A model generated the notes under the pieces. That model saw only the letters and a list, made by a program, of their open reading frames with translations, was not told the origin of the DNA and did no database searches. A program made the position numbers and the translations under genes. A stretch of DNA of 61,530 nucleotides from Catajapyx aquilonaris (lineage: Eukaryota): contig KZ538571.1 in NCBI GenBank assembly GCA_000934665.2, positions 1-61,530 on the forward strand, read 5' to 3'. Positions 48,149 through 61,530 of the stretch are shown here, piece after piece (the stretch's first letter is position 1; each line of letters begins with the position of its first letter).

Positions 48149-51100
48149 CCTCCTCACCACACCATAGCACAACACAACAACAACAACAACCAAGAAAGAA
48201 AAAAACCGGTGACCCGCCCCCGGTCCGGACAAGTACTAGCTATCCGAAGGCCCCCCCAAACATGATCTATATTTGTCAGCAAAGCTCGACGTCAAAAGGG
48301 GGGGGTTTTCCCCCTATGTAGTTGTAGTAGCAGCATTGCCTACCCCTCCCGGCGGTGTGGGGGGAGCCAAGAGAGAGGGGGGGGAGAGAGGTGCTGATTG
48401 GCTCCCTCGGCCTGTGTGTCCACAGTTTGTAAGCATGATTGAGCATGCCCTGCCTCCCCGGATAGCAGGAGCCAACCAGAGGGGTCCTCCAAAGCCCCCC
48501 AAACTTGAACGGGGGGCGACTCCGCCTGCTCCGGCGCAGACACCCTCAAGCCTCGCAAGAATAAAACCCCCTCTTTTCCTGATGGCTGCTGCCGGGCGCC
48601 ATGCTGTACATGTTTCACATCAAGGGCGATCTACCACTTTCAGCTTGTTTATGGGCTGTCTATATATACTTCAAGACCGCGGAGGATACTCTATATAGTA
48701 ACTTTGCGTTAATCACGAAGGGCTGCTGACTCACAAATATTGTTGCGGACACTGTTAAGTAAGTTTCATCATTTTTATCCGCTTAATATTGTAGCGGATT
48801 GTATAGCTCTTATAGCCAATCATAAAGGGAGTTGTAAGGTGCTATCAGTCAAATATGACCATCCACTACAGCCTCCCGTTAGCTATTTTTGTAGGCCTAT
48901 ACAACAATGCAGTGTTCCATCAGACACTTTAAGTTAGAAGCTGCTTATTTTTAAGCAGTTGATGCTTTTAGAGATTGCCGGTCAAGATATTAGACCGAAT
49001 GGGTGAGACCTATCAGACAATATTATCTGCATGGAGGGCCAATGAGCCTATAACGACTCACCTCATATGTGTTAGCAGTGGGTAAAAATGGAACTCACAA
49101 TATATCAAGCGTTGAATTTCATTGGAATTTAGGTCCTCAATGAATGATTCAATTCAGCCTAATAGACTACTACAGCTGAGATTGTTGATAAGTTCCATAT
49201 ACGTCCTACAATATATTAGTAAAATGTATCGTTCATTATTAATATACGGGCTGCATACACAGTCAATAACACCAATATTTTCACCCAGTCTTTGGAAATA
49301 ATTGAGGCGTTGACATGCTGGAAAGAGCATTTAAATTACAAAGAGAAATGTGCATCAAAAAGAAAAAAGGTGCCTATATTTAAATGTGAAACTCATAAGT
49401 TGCTTTTCTTTGACCTTTCATGACTTTTTGTAACAAAATCCAACAATAAGAAAGCGTTTATGTATAAAAATATGCTCAAAACTGTTTTTTTTTACCTAGC
49501 CGCTGTGAAAATTTCGTGACTTATGCCCTTTCCCTGGTCAACGCCTCAATTGTTATTGTAATAATTTTACGAGATGAGATGAAAGCACTTCATATGCTGT
49601 GGATCACTCGGGCTATAGGCTACGTGACATTAATGACGGTATACTCCATCAGTCATGTGATACCGGTAGCCTATCTTATTAGGCATCTATCTTTTGTTAT
49701 AGTATACTAACTTATTTCAGTAAAATATGTGGGAATGAAATGCCTAAAATAAATTGGCCAGTGTGATGTGTTTACATTCTATTTATCATATACTGGAAAT
49801 CCGCCAACCAAGAATTTTTCATCACCAGAGGCCCTTTTTCTCATTTTTTTATTATAAAAAAAGCTAGGCTGATGCGCCGCAAGAGCTTTCCGCATAGTTG
49901 GTCATCGCCACATTGAATTATGCAGCGGGCCATCAATATACTGTTGCAATTTTGCATGATGTCCCCAGAGTAAACAACAATGCAGAGGTGCCGCGGTCTG
50001 TGCGATACAACAGGTATGCGCAAAAATAACTTCATATAGTGTGGAATGCGAGCAGTTTTTTCAACGGATAATTTCCATATAGCAGAGCTAATGTTCACAT
50101 CATAACAGTTTTAACATATCTCCACATCTTTCAATTGAAATATTCCGAGTGAATAAGTCACATAACTGAGCATTATTCCATATGGTGAATATTCCCATGA
50201 TATCCCCAATATAGGGGGTATTGGGTGTGTGTATACGTGCATGTTTATACACCCGATAATAAAAGTTGTAGACTGTTTCACATCAGATACAGCAACTATA
50301 TATCAGGAGAAACATAACACAGGTGCTATATGAGTCCTCTCTGTATATAGTCTATACAGTATGTTGTTATTACAATGCGCTGATGTCTCTGGGTGGTATC
50401 CTTCCTGTCGCCATCATCCAACCACATCCCGCATGCAGATTGGGTTGTGGACTGTCGCAATATGCAGATGAGTCTATGCTGATGAGGACAAGAGAGAGCA
50501 AGTGAAGAGAACAAGAGGAGAGGTCGCTTCTTGTTTGTGCCAACACAGCAGACTAAACCAGGCGCCGGCGGAATTTCATTATCGCATTGTCTATTTGGTT
50601 TGCGAAGTATCGCGGCGGCAGCAGCAGCACTGGGTGTTGTGCTTCTGCTGAGGGTAGTTGCTGATGGTGTTGGTGGGGGAAAGGAAGGAATAATAAGGAG
50701 GAAGAGATGATGATGGGGGAAGTTGGAGCAGCAGCATCGCAGGGTGTTTCATAATGCTGCTAACAAACTTCGCCAATCGCCTTCTGATGGGCATTTCTCA
50801 CATGAAACATGAAGAGCATTGAATTTCTGGGCATTGAGCTGTACTAAAAAATGCCAATAGAAGACGCGCGCTTGTTCTTTATATTTCTCATGGCCACCCC
50901 TCAGCACTTGACCACCTGCTGCCTCACCATTGACCCCCGAGGTGTGGATTCCTTCCAGCAGTTTTTCCTCTCCAACCAATGAGTGCCTGCGGACACCTAT
51001 CGGCCTCCAAAAAGGGACCGACCGCCGACCATAATAGCCTGAGAAAAGAATGCGCTCTTCTTCTAACAATGTATTTTTCTCTTTCCATTTTTTCCCCGCT

Positions 51101-54100
51101 ATCCCGCCGAGTCATTCCAAGCGTGGTGTGTACCATCAGGAGGGGGGGGGGGGGGGGGNGGGGGGGGGTGTTGAATTTTTGTTCAGTCAGTTAATGAGGG
51201 GGATGCGTCCCCTGGATGGTCACCTACCCGGTTGACAGGCCTGTCGAGCATTTCACGGGCGCCCTTTGATCCAACGTGGTTTCCAAACATGTAGCCCCTG
51301 CGTCTCCCATCCGGGTTGTAAACGATTACTTGCTGTTGCGAGAGCGACATCAATGGCCGCGAATTGAGCGGCATTGGCGTATCGGCCCAAAAATATGGAA
51401 ATGCGCCGCTACCCGAGCATGATGACAAAACGTGAGCTGAATCTTTTTTTGGGCGAACCGATTTTTTTTTTTTTTGAGCCGTGCAACCGTTTTTCGCGCG
51501 GGTGTGCAAAAAAGTTTGCAGCCGGCGTTATTGTTCACATCATCGGCTTGTATGCAAACTCTGCTCTATTTCTCTTCTGTATTNCCCCCCCCCCCTCAGT
51601 CCCGCGTACCTCCCACCCAAAATTTGCATTTACATCCTCAATTACATTGCCTCACATAGAGCCCCGGACCCATATTGTGTGTGTGTATAAAACGACGATG
51701 CGAGTTGAATTCTGTACCAGCATGTTTCACAGAATTGCACGTGCTTCATGCAGCCATTTATTGTGCCAAAGTTGTCAACTGTCGTATAATTATACCGTAT
51801 AGCAAAAAAACTGCGCAAAACCTGCACCAGCAAATGGCATATTGTGACATCTCTCTTGAAAATATTTCAAGATTGTGGGTCTTTTGTCAAGCGGAGGAAG
51901 ATTAAGTGCAATTTCATGTTACGGGTATATATATAGAACCAGATTTCTGCTTCTGTCTGTCCCCGGTTTGGTGGACAATAAGACTATAGCGTCTTATATA
52001 TAACTTATACCCCCCCACCCCATCTTTGTCTGACATTTCCTTCTTTATTCCAGAAGACTGCCTACATAGGGCTTGCTTTTCCGATATGTTTGAGATGCCG
52101 TGCCAGGCAGTCAAATGAAAAGTTTCTCCTACGATTCTTCCGGCCAGATTGCAGCCCCGAGCATCGGATCACGTCTCTTTAAAGAAAAGAAGAGAAAAAT
52201 ACACCTTGTGGGGTTTCCCCCCACCCTTTTTATCCCTTCCAACCGAGTGCGAACTGGGAGCTAAGAAAATTGGTAAATAATCAGGGTTCGAACAATAACC
52301 TTTCTGAAACGTATAAATTTTGCGTCGTGTTTCCCAGTTGCAGGCCTTATATATATGATGCTGGCAAAGCACGCGAAGCCCTCGCGTGATTCCAGATCCG
52401 GATCCAGTTCTTGGGCTGCCGACGACGACAAAAGCAGCACGTGTCCCCGGTCATTGTGCGGGTTTCCAACTTTTAGTAAAGCCCGAGAGAAGAGAGAAGC
52501 TGCTGGGTTGGGTTGGATGGGAGCCGAGTCGTAATTAGCCTTCAGGATTTGCCTATAGGGTTTCCAGATAATTACAGCTTTGCGCTTTTCCAGCCCTCCC
52601 TCTCCAACAGGGGTTTTGAACGTGTGCCTCGCCTGCACACCGATTGTCAACCGGAGGAAGATCCTTTATTCACCCTCCCTCCTGGTAATCCCATCACCGG
52701 ATGACTATGCCATCACGATACATGCATGCAACGACTTGATCATTACTTATTCCACCACATAATAAATTATATGGAGCAAACATGGTGATCCTGCTGAACA
52801 CATGTTTTGGCGACCACACAGAGCATAAATATATCATATACACGGACCCTATATGCTGCTGTATATAATCGGAGTCCCCCTCTCCCATCAGAAGCATCCG
52901 GCAAGCATTTGTGGTCGGAGTAATTCCTCGGGGCAGAGGCTGCAGACTCTTGGTCGGATGATTATCTGGCCATTGCTGCTTGCTGCGTTATTCCCAAGGG
53001 TCCTCCCAAAAGGTCTGTAGATGAATGGCTTAATTTGATTGGGAGCTGGCTGCCTCAGCGAATTCATCTGCCAAGTGCAGCTCTCCGCCAATCAGGAGAC
53101 GCAGCTGATGCCACTAAGGTTCAGGCTCAGAAGAGTCTCAGAGAGACTGACGCCATCAGGGGGGAGATCCAGACACAGAATCAGGAAAATAATAAGAAAT
53201 TCTGGCTTCACGCACAAAAGAATCGAATGGAGAAATATTACTGGAGATGGATTTCCATGGTCTGGATGTGAGGCGGAGTCATGTTGGAAAATAATGGATG
53301 TGTTCGGCTTCATTTGCTATAGCATACACAGTCCCTAACTGATAGTCAACTTGGGCAGAGAAACACTCTCTCGTATATTAAGAAGTCGTTATAAGCGATC
53401 ATTATTTTGCACCATGATCACTGTCAATAATTTCATAATTACAATGCAGACTGGAAAAATAAGCATAGTTGATTGTAAATAACTGAAAATTTTTGTGCAC
53501 AAATAAACATTCTCAGCATGCATCACAGTCGTCATCGAATTTAGAAATTTATGTTTCAACAATAACACGGCAAAATGATGCAGAATACTATGCATGAGGA
53601 AATCTAGCAGTAGCGTTCATGTTATAGAGTCATCACTAATTTAAACAGCGCGTACGTGTACGCAGAGTATCATAATATAACAACAGATGTAATATCGGAA
53701 AATTGTTGACACAATGAAATTTGATAGCATACCACCACATGAACCGTGGTTGTGATAATTTGTAACTATTCAAATGTGAATAGCTACAAATTATCACCAT
53801 AAGTAATGCAACTGTATATATCAGTACAGTGTGCAGCATGTATTTATTATTGTGTGCAGCACTGAATCACTCTGTAACAACACTGCTATATAATTATATA
53901 GAATTGTTGTTTATGCAGGATGTTCAATCTACATATATACAGTATATCTATTATCGCCAGATATCATCACTTACAATTAGTAAATGTTGGCCCTTTCACT
54001 AAAATTTATTACTATACAGTACACGACTTAAAATATAGTCTAAGTCCTGCTATTATGCAATAATTTGCATATATAATCCGATTTACTGCATTTTCTCAGC

Positions 54101-57100
54101 CGACTGCCATTTCTCTCAGCAAGATTTCATTTTTTTTCTCATCCCTGCCTCCCCCGCACACAGCAACACACTCTGTACAGTGTATACTGTATATATAGCA
54201 TAGGAATGGCGTGAAGTATTGATTACGTCGCATTTTGAACCCGCCGGCGCAACTCTGATGGTCCAAACCCGAACAAAGATGGGAGGAGACTGCAAAACCG
54301 TTGACAAAAATGCGCAGCAGCAGCTTTAAAAAAGTACACGTCTCCCACCCCCCACCTCCCATCCAACTCTCCCTGAAAAAAAAAAATCCCCATCCCCTTG
54401 CAACGCAACAAAAGACCAGGAGTAAATTCACGTACTGTTGTTTTAAAAGGCCAACGTTTGTGGAGTGCAGACCGGGCCTTTGCAGAGTTGGGTTAAGCAC
54501 AGCATCAAGGCTTGCTAGTAGTAGGCATTTGATAAGAGGAACAAAAGGTTCGTACCCAGCACACCCAACACTGACAGAAAAAAGTGCACACAAAAGCCGA
54601 GTTAGCCAGTGAGTGAATTTGGGGCGGAATGCTAAAGGTTTTCAGCATTTTTTTTTCTGGGTGTGTCTATAGTCGGCATATGTAAGGTTCCTAATCAAAA
54701 GCACCAAAAATGTTGGGGTGGAGTTTAGAGGGGTGTGTATCTATCAGCCCCTCTCCAACCGTACTCTTTATTAAATGTCTTCAACGTTCCAATCCCCCAT
54801 GAATAGGGGCGTCTATTGGCCATAATTGGGGGCAATCGCGTCCTGACATCTCTCGCACCTGGGAGGGGGTGGGAAGGGCCGAAAAAATGGGCCAATTTGA
54901 GTGTCTCTGCTGCAATGGGAGATAGGCAACCATAGCCGGGGCCAGCATAAACACAGTTAGGGCGGGGTGCACAAAGGCTGCGTTTGATAGGACAAGAGAA
55001 GAAGATGGGGGGACACCCGCAGAAAAGAGGCGGCCACAGCAAACCCTCCCCAAGCAGCAGCAACCTTTGACTCAACTCAATCCAGGCCCCTATTTAAGGT
55101 ACAAAGCGGCCCACTTTAAAGGCCCAATGGAAACCTGAGGCCTGGAGGAGGAAGTATAGGCCTATATGGCACGCCCAAGTATGGCCGGTTTCCCAAGGTG
55201 ACGTCGGTGGCGGCGTCGACATTAGTTAGAAAACATGTTGACTGAAGATCGCTTCTATGTTGGGAAAGGGACAACAACAACAACTGTTGTCGCGCGCGCC
55301 GGCGGCTGGGGGAATGAAGCAGCGGCGTCTCCTGTTGCAAATGCATGGAAATCCAGGAAATTGGTCTCAGGGGACCAAAGGGGGGCTGTCATGCACTTTG
55401 ATGCGGACACGCCACCAGCAGCAAGCAGCCACAGGGACAAAACCATCAGCAAGGCTGTCAGGCGTCGAGAGAAAGAAGGACGTAAACAAAATGCCAGCGT
55501 CGACTAAACACTTGCTAACTGGCGCAAATATGTATGAAAAACCACTCAAAATTTAGATATAGTTACTGTGAACCCTGATGCCAACTAATAAACACTAGCA
55601 AGTTACTCGTCGTTGTCCGGGAGTGTTGTGGTAGTATGTATAGGTATAGGGGTAGGTCTATGCAAGAATTAAATATTAAATAGTACACTTTATGCACTCA
55701 TCCACATATATTTTACGAGTATATGCTTAAGACTGGCCCTAAGGACCATTGTGTACTAGTAATCTAATTGAAAACAATAACGCAAGGCTTTCATTACCTC
55801 ATCTGAGATGGCCAACGACGCTTCGATTAGCGAAGTCGACGCATGCGTGGAATTTACGCTGATTGGATATTTGGATGTGTAAAGAAATATGATTATGGAT
55901 AGAGTTGGTCCAGGCAAAGACGACACGATCACGTATATAATTATGGTTTATTTCGAACATAACCAATATCTGTTACATAATGCTGTCTGCATACGGTATA
56001 TAAAATAATAGTTTGACGACCCCCTTTTCCGGAACAAAACGTGCACTGCTGTCACCCAACAGCACGAGTGCCACGAAACGCATTTCTTGCAAAGGCCTCC
56101 AATTTTCTCTAAAAGCATTTTTTTCACAGGAGCACAAAAACAGGCGCTCAATTACAGCACGTAGACGACCGCGTCTCTATTTTTTTTAAGTGTCTTCCAT
56201 TTTGAGTATATCCGCAGAAGTAGCAGCTGATGTCGGCGAGATAATGGGCACGCGTAAAACCAGCAGAAAAATCATTCAACAAAACCAGCTCCTGTGGTGC
56301 CGCCTCGCTTTAGAGGAAAAAAAGTGCACTTAAGAGCTAAGCAAGCTCCAGGTCCACCCCCAAAAAAGAGGTATTGGGCGACACCTAGACAAGCGGATTA
56401 GCCTCTTTGCACAACCCTTTTATTGGGAAAGGGGTGCTGAGTAGAAAAGAGATGTATACTTGATGGCGTGGGAGGGGGTGAAAAATCCCTTTGATCCCTC
56501 ACCGTCCCGCTGGACAAGTGTCATTTCACGATTAGGACCACCACATGCTGCTATAGGGGGAGGTGAATTAGGAGCAAAAGGGCTGAAAGAAGCAATTACC
56601 ACTCTAGTTGTGTGAAAGAGGGAGAGAAAAAAATGGTGGTGTGATAGAGGGGTGGGGGGGATCTGGGGCCTGCCGCCTCTGTTTTTATTTGGGAGGCTCA
56701 TTATAGCGTCCCTGCGGCCTCTTCTGGCTTGTTGAAGGGCACAAAAGATTACTCGTGACACAGAGAGGAGGATTCCCTTTTGTATATATAAGGAAGAGGC
56801 GATTGAGATAGAAAAGAGGTGTATAGCATCTGGTGATGGGCAGAACTTTTTTTTGTGTGTGTGGAGGGGTGTGGGAGTGAATTCTTTAGCATTGTGAGCT
56901 TGACGCTGACATGGCGCGGCAGATGCTCATAAAAACAATCCTTTTCCACTTTTTTATGCTTTTCAACAAAAAAATGAGGGGGGTTTTACGTTTCTTGCCA
57001 GCAGTTCAGCCCAATAAAGACCCACCCACTCTCTCTTTCCCCCACTCTATTCAGCAATGGCAATGGAATGGTTCAATAATGCCTTCTAAATTGGCTCGTT

Positions 57101-57591
57101 CCAGTTTCGAGAGATTATGTGAGCAAAATTGAATGCTCATTTCAAAGATGTGGCCTATAACTTCCAGGGCCCTGTTTCATATTATATCGCTCCGCAAGAC
57201 GAAATGCGACCCTGTAATATAAGGCACAGCTGCACAATTATTTTTTTGCCAGTCTATATAGTATGAATCCTGTATTGTTACCAGTTGGAACGACTATAGT
57301 TACAAATCCTATCCTCCGATGATGTCTTTTGGTTCTGGCGATGACACGTTTGTCTTATTGCGTGACGAATTTCTTCCCGAGGCTCGAATACAGCAAGCAG
57401 CATCACCTAATGAGAAAAAGTAACGTGGGAAAAAATAGTCTGAATCATTGGTGCTCATCACGCCGCACTGATCCGGCTTGATGCTGTGTATGTGGCGGCC
57501 GCTCCATTTGCTACCGTTGCAACCAGACCAGTTCTCCTCCCCTCAGCTCCTGACAGGCATGCTAAAATGTCAAAATCCAGTAACCCTCCCC

Positions 57592-57592
<1 letters not shown>

Positions 57593-57639
<47 letters not shown>
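57593..57639 (+). repeat. (CT)n microsatellite
   Basis: Pure CT run. Confidence 0.95.
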
Positions 57640-57641
<2 letters not shown>

Positions 57642-58623
57642 GCTTTTCCAGATAGATAGAACCCCCCTCCAAAAAGGGGGGGTTGAACCCGGGGAGGCAG
57701 CCACCCGCGCCACCCCCTTCGCCTTTCAATCCAGATTTCACGTCCAATAAAAGCGCGGCGACTCGCCTGAATCGGTCAAATTAGTAACCTGCCAGGACAG
57801 AAAAACGGAAGCAATTAAATAATCACACTTGGTTTGTTCTTGTGGAGGGGGCACAATGGAGAGAGCAAAAATTTCAATATGGTTAGCCCCCCCTCTCCTA
57901 CCCGTAGTGCGTCCGGGGTTATCCGGCAGACAAAGAACTGCACCAGAGGGGGGGAGGTTGGGAGGGCTTCTTTTTGGACAGAGGAGCCGATCCGGGTTAG
58001 TCTCCCGGATCATCGTTTATGCCGCTCTGACTGCTCCCTCGTTGGGTACGTTTATTCAACTCGCAATGGCCTGTGCCAACCAGAGATAATTACAAAGGAT
58101 GGGGGCTCCGGTGGTGCTTGCGAGGAATCTTGTCACGGGGAGGCGGGTCGACATGGCATGGTTGCAGAACCATCAAGGGTTATGGCCCTATATACCCCCG
58201 CACCCCAGCAGCAGCAGCAACCCTCCCATCCAACAGCCGCAGCCGATTTGATTACTCGCTTCCTGCTTATCGAGCGCCTGCATTTCGGTTCCGGCCTCGT
58301 TATCAGGGAGGCTCCTTTTGATGCTGCGGATGATGCGGATCAAGCACGCGGATCAAGATTCGGATAGTATAGATAAGGACCGGCTTGTTAGCCTGATGTC
58401 CGAATGCGGTTGCTTGTGGCCTCTACTATATATAGTGTATATCTCAGCAACTCAGCTCATAAGGCAGTTCCTGTGATGTACACAGCTGGACATAATAATA
58501 TAGTCCCTTTCAGCGTCAGGGACTGCTATTGTGTTCATGAAAAAGTTCCAAACATTTCTCACATATCCAACAAATGTCCAAATATCAGCACCTCTAACTT
58601 TCCCCCCATATTTTTAGGACTAT

Positions 58624-58768
58624 TAGCTTTTGGGTTGGGTTGTACACTGCTGGACATAATATAGAAGTCACTTTGAGATTTTTTGGCGTGAGCGGCGATT
58701 TCTATTCGCTCCGCCCAAGGGACTGCTGCTACATTATGTCCAGCCGTGTACAACCAACCCAAAAGCTA
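58624..58768. mobile_element. MITE-like inverted repeat, with an extra partial arm at ~58478-58510
   Basis: TAGCTTTTGGGTTGGGTTGTACACTGCTGGACATAAT pairs with ATTATGTCCAGCCGTGTACAACCAACCCAAAAGCTA; the upstream TGTACACAGCTGGACATAAT...AGTCCCTT also pairs with 58716-58752. Confidence 0.6.
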
Positions 58769-61530
58769 TTATAAAGTTAGAGGTGATGTTTTTGTAAGCG
58801 CAACCGAGTGCGCACCGCACAGCTCAAGCAACGTACACGGTTGGCATTATCAATGGTAAGCTCTCTGTATAGTGGGTGTATACTGCGTTTGCGATATTGC
58901 CAGGGCTTTGGAGCTAACCTCACGGGGGAGTAACTCTGGCCACGTTGCCGAAACAATGGAGCTGCGCGAGTGTGAGTGCGCACTCTGTTGAGCTCGTTAA
59001 AAATCATATGTGTAGTTATGGCTTCCAAGTTCCAAGTAATGTTCTGCTATAGTTGACAGTGAGATGGGCACCAACCAAGCGGGTACAATGCAACCTGTGA
59101 TCCTATATGCAGACTCGATGGGAGGGCTCTATATATGGAGGCGTTCAGTATATATAGATTGTGACATCTAAGCATGGAGAATGAATCTGCTGGAAGCGGA
59201 TCTGCCTCCACTTTGAAGTGAAAGGGTCGTCTTCTTCCTTACTGGCCCCATATGCAGTGGTTCCGGAGCCGAGAGAGCAGTACGTTTCCGTCGCGGGCCA
59301 CAAAAGGGCCCCCCCCCTTTTCAGCTCTTTCCCAAAATTGCGGCTCAGAGAAACGGAAGGCCTCTTTTCAACACCTGCATGCACATCCATCCCAGGCAGT
59401 CAGTCAGTCGGAGGGGGGTCACCTTATAGCCAGGCTCTTACCCAGAACCACTCCCAATTTTCACCTTCTCCAAAAGGAGGAATCTCTACTTGTCAGACAC
59501 GAAGAAGAAAAAAAAATGCGCTTCTTTCTGAGCTCCCCCATTTTGCCCGTCATCCGAAATGCAAAAGGCACAAGAAAGGCTTCTTCTGCGCCATACAACG
59601 CTACTGCTCGATGAATCCAATGATTCCTTACATGGTTGCAAGCAACACCCACGCCAGATCTGGAATTTTGCTGGTCTGATATGAATTTATGAAGACCTGA
59701 AAAGCATGAGATCTATCAGAGTTCACAACGACGGTATTTTCAGACAATGAGGGTTTTTAATTTTTAATTGAATTATCCCTTATTGGATGCCTTATTATTT
59801 TCGAGCATAGTAACCGACTCTTTAATTTATAAAATCTGAAGCGACTCTTTGAGGACTCAATGCCTTATTCAATTTGGACTGAAAGGTGATTAATCGTACC
59901 GCATTTCAAATTTTAACACTCACATCCGGCCCCATCATATACTGAATGTTGACATCCAGATGAATGACGCCCACTGTGTAATCACGACCAAATCCTGAAG
60001 TGTAATGCCCATTCTTTCTGCTTCAAGCCTCAAGTAATCCCTGCAAAGTACACCGCCTCATTCCCCCCTCTCCAACCCGCCCCTTAGACTAATATTTACG
60101 ATCTAAATATCACCTAATTTTCTTGCAAGCCATCCGGGAACCACATTGCTTATATAATATCCAACCCCTCTGCTGCGGTCTTTCTCCCGGGCCATCAATC
60201 CCACTTCTATCTCCTATATAAGAGAGGGAACCCCTCCTGACTAAATCCGCTTATGGTCCACAAATTAATCAGCGGATATTCATCGGGAGGAAATAATAAA
60301 ACCGACCTTGATTATGTGCCTGCAAAGAGGGGAAGCCGCACAAGATTGGAAAAGGCAAGCGGAGTTCGAGGATTTAATATGGGACGTTATGTATCGAGAG
60401 GGATGGTGATATTCCCGTGAGTCTACTGTATATGCTGCTCTCCGAGAGCGGATTTTGACCGGATTTTGGTTCCGGATATTATTCTGACAGTATTGGGTTT
60501 TGATCAATCTGCTGCTCTGCAACATCATTTCGGATTTTGGTATATGTTAAATTTAACTCGAGAAAACGTGAGAGAAGCGTAACCGCAGGGATGGAAAAAA
60601 GGGTTTTTCTAGTTTAATGTTATTTTTCAAGCCATCATTTATTTTTTTTGAAGATGTTTTGCCAAAAAATACAATCGTACATCGCACCGTCGTCGTCTCT
60701 CGAATCTGCAGCAGCCAGCCAGTGAAATTGACGTTCAGCACTATGGAGGTTGGGGGGGTGTTGGGAGATGACTGGGGCGAAAAAGAGAGGAGGGGAGGGA
60801 AAATGGAGGGTGCCCCCTGCGCTGGAAATGGAGGCTTCTTTGAGCTGGTGTAGCACGTACATTATGGCTCATCCATTTCTGGGTCGGGCCCGGCTGCAAT
60901 CAGGGGCGGGCGATTAGTGCTGCTGCTGACTTGGTCAAAATGGCAGTTTCCGGCGTTTTGGGCCTCCCCCCCCCCTCTCCCAAATCTCTCCTCCCCCTCG
61001 CACCACTTTGAATGCGGCTCTGACGAGAGCTGAAAACTTCGTTAGAAATGGTTGGGAGACGGCGCATAAATCGTTGCAAATTATTTGGAAAAGCCAGAGT
61101 CCGATAGCAACTACTGGGGAGGGAGGCATGGGAAGCTCTTCAAAAGACATTTCCTCTTTTTTTTTCTTTTTTTTGGACCACCCTTCCCCCCCTTATATAC
61201 CCCCATCGAAACTGCAGGTGCAGTCGTCGACTTTTCGCTAATGGAAAAGTTAGAGCTGCTGGGAAGTGCGCCTCCATTCCAGCACCATACAGAGAGAAAT
61301 CCCCATATATATAAAGCTCAATATTTGTACGTATTAATAAATGTATGTATGTCACGCCCAATTAAGCCACTTCCCGGGCACGGAGAGCGCTCAAATTTCT
61401 CAGAGCCATGTCTTACCTATCACTGACCCCGAGAAAAGTCCCAAACCCGCACTTTTTTGAGTCTAAGGGGGGTTTTCAGCAGATTAACCAATTGCCTAGC
61501 AACCCTGGCTGTCAACAAGCCCAAATGATG

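Noticed and set aside
48149..48232. N-terminal extension of the FoxQ2 ORF (poly-Val)
   Set aside because: It starts at a non-ATG codon and translates a (GTT)n 5' UTR repeat; the first ATG is at 48148.

Overview
This is eukaryotic, most likely arthropod (pancrustacean-like), genomic DNA with short GT-AG introns; it is not prokaryotic. A compact gene cluster holds the 3' part of a tensin (SH2+PTB, +), SCAMP (+) and RPS6 (-). A ~15 kb transposon-rich, apparently non-coding interval follows, then AP-3 beta adaptin (+), then an intronless FoxQ2 gene (-) inside ~28 kb with no recognisable coding sequence. Main observations: (1) two paralogous box H/ACA snoRNAs in RPS6 introns 2 and 3 share a 5' guide hairpin, predicted to target the 28S site equivalent to yeast Psi2944, but carry unrelated 3' hairpins; (2) SCAMP has a pair of phase-compatible, apparently mutually exclusive exons; (3) there are several foldback elements and MITEs, including an 805-bp piggyBac-like palindrome, a 53-bp hairpin element with a 9-bp TSD nested in another foldback, and an 82-bp perfect palindrome; (4) spliced lncRNAs may diverge from the RPS6 and AP3B promoters. 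All calls come from reading the sequence by eye; no searches were run.
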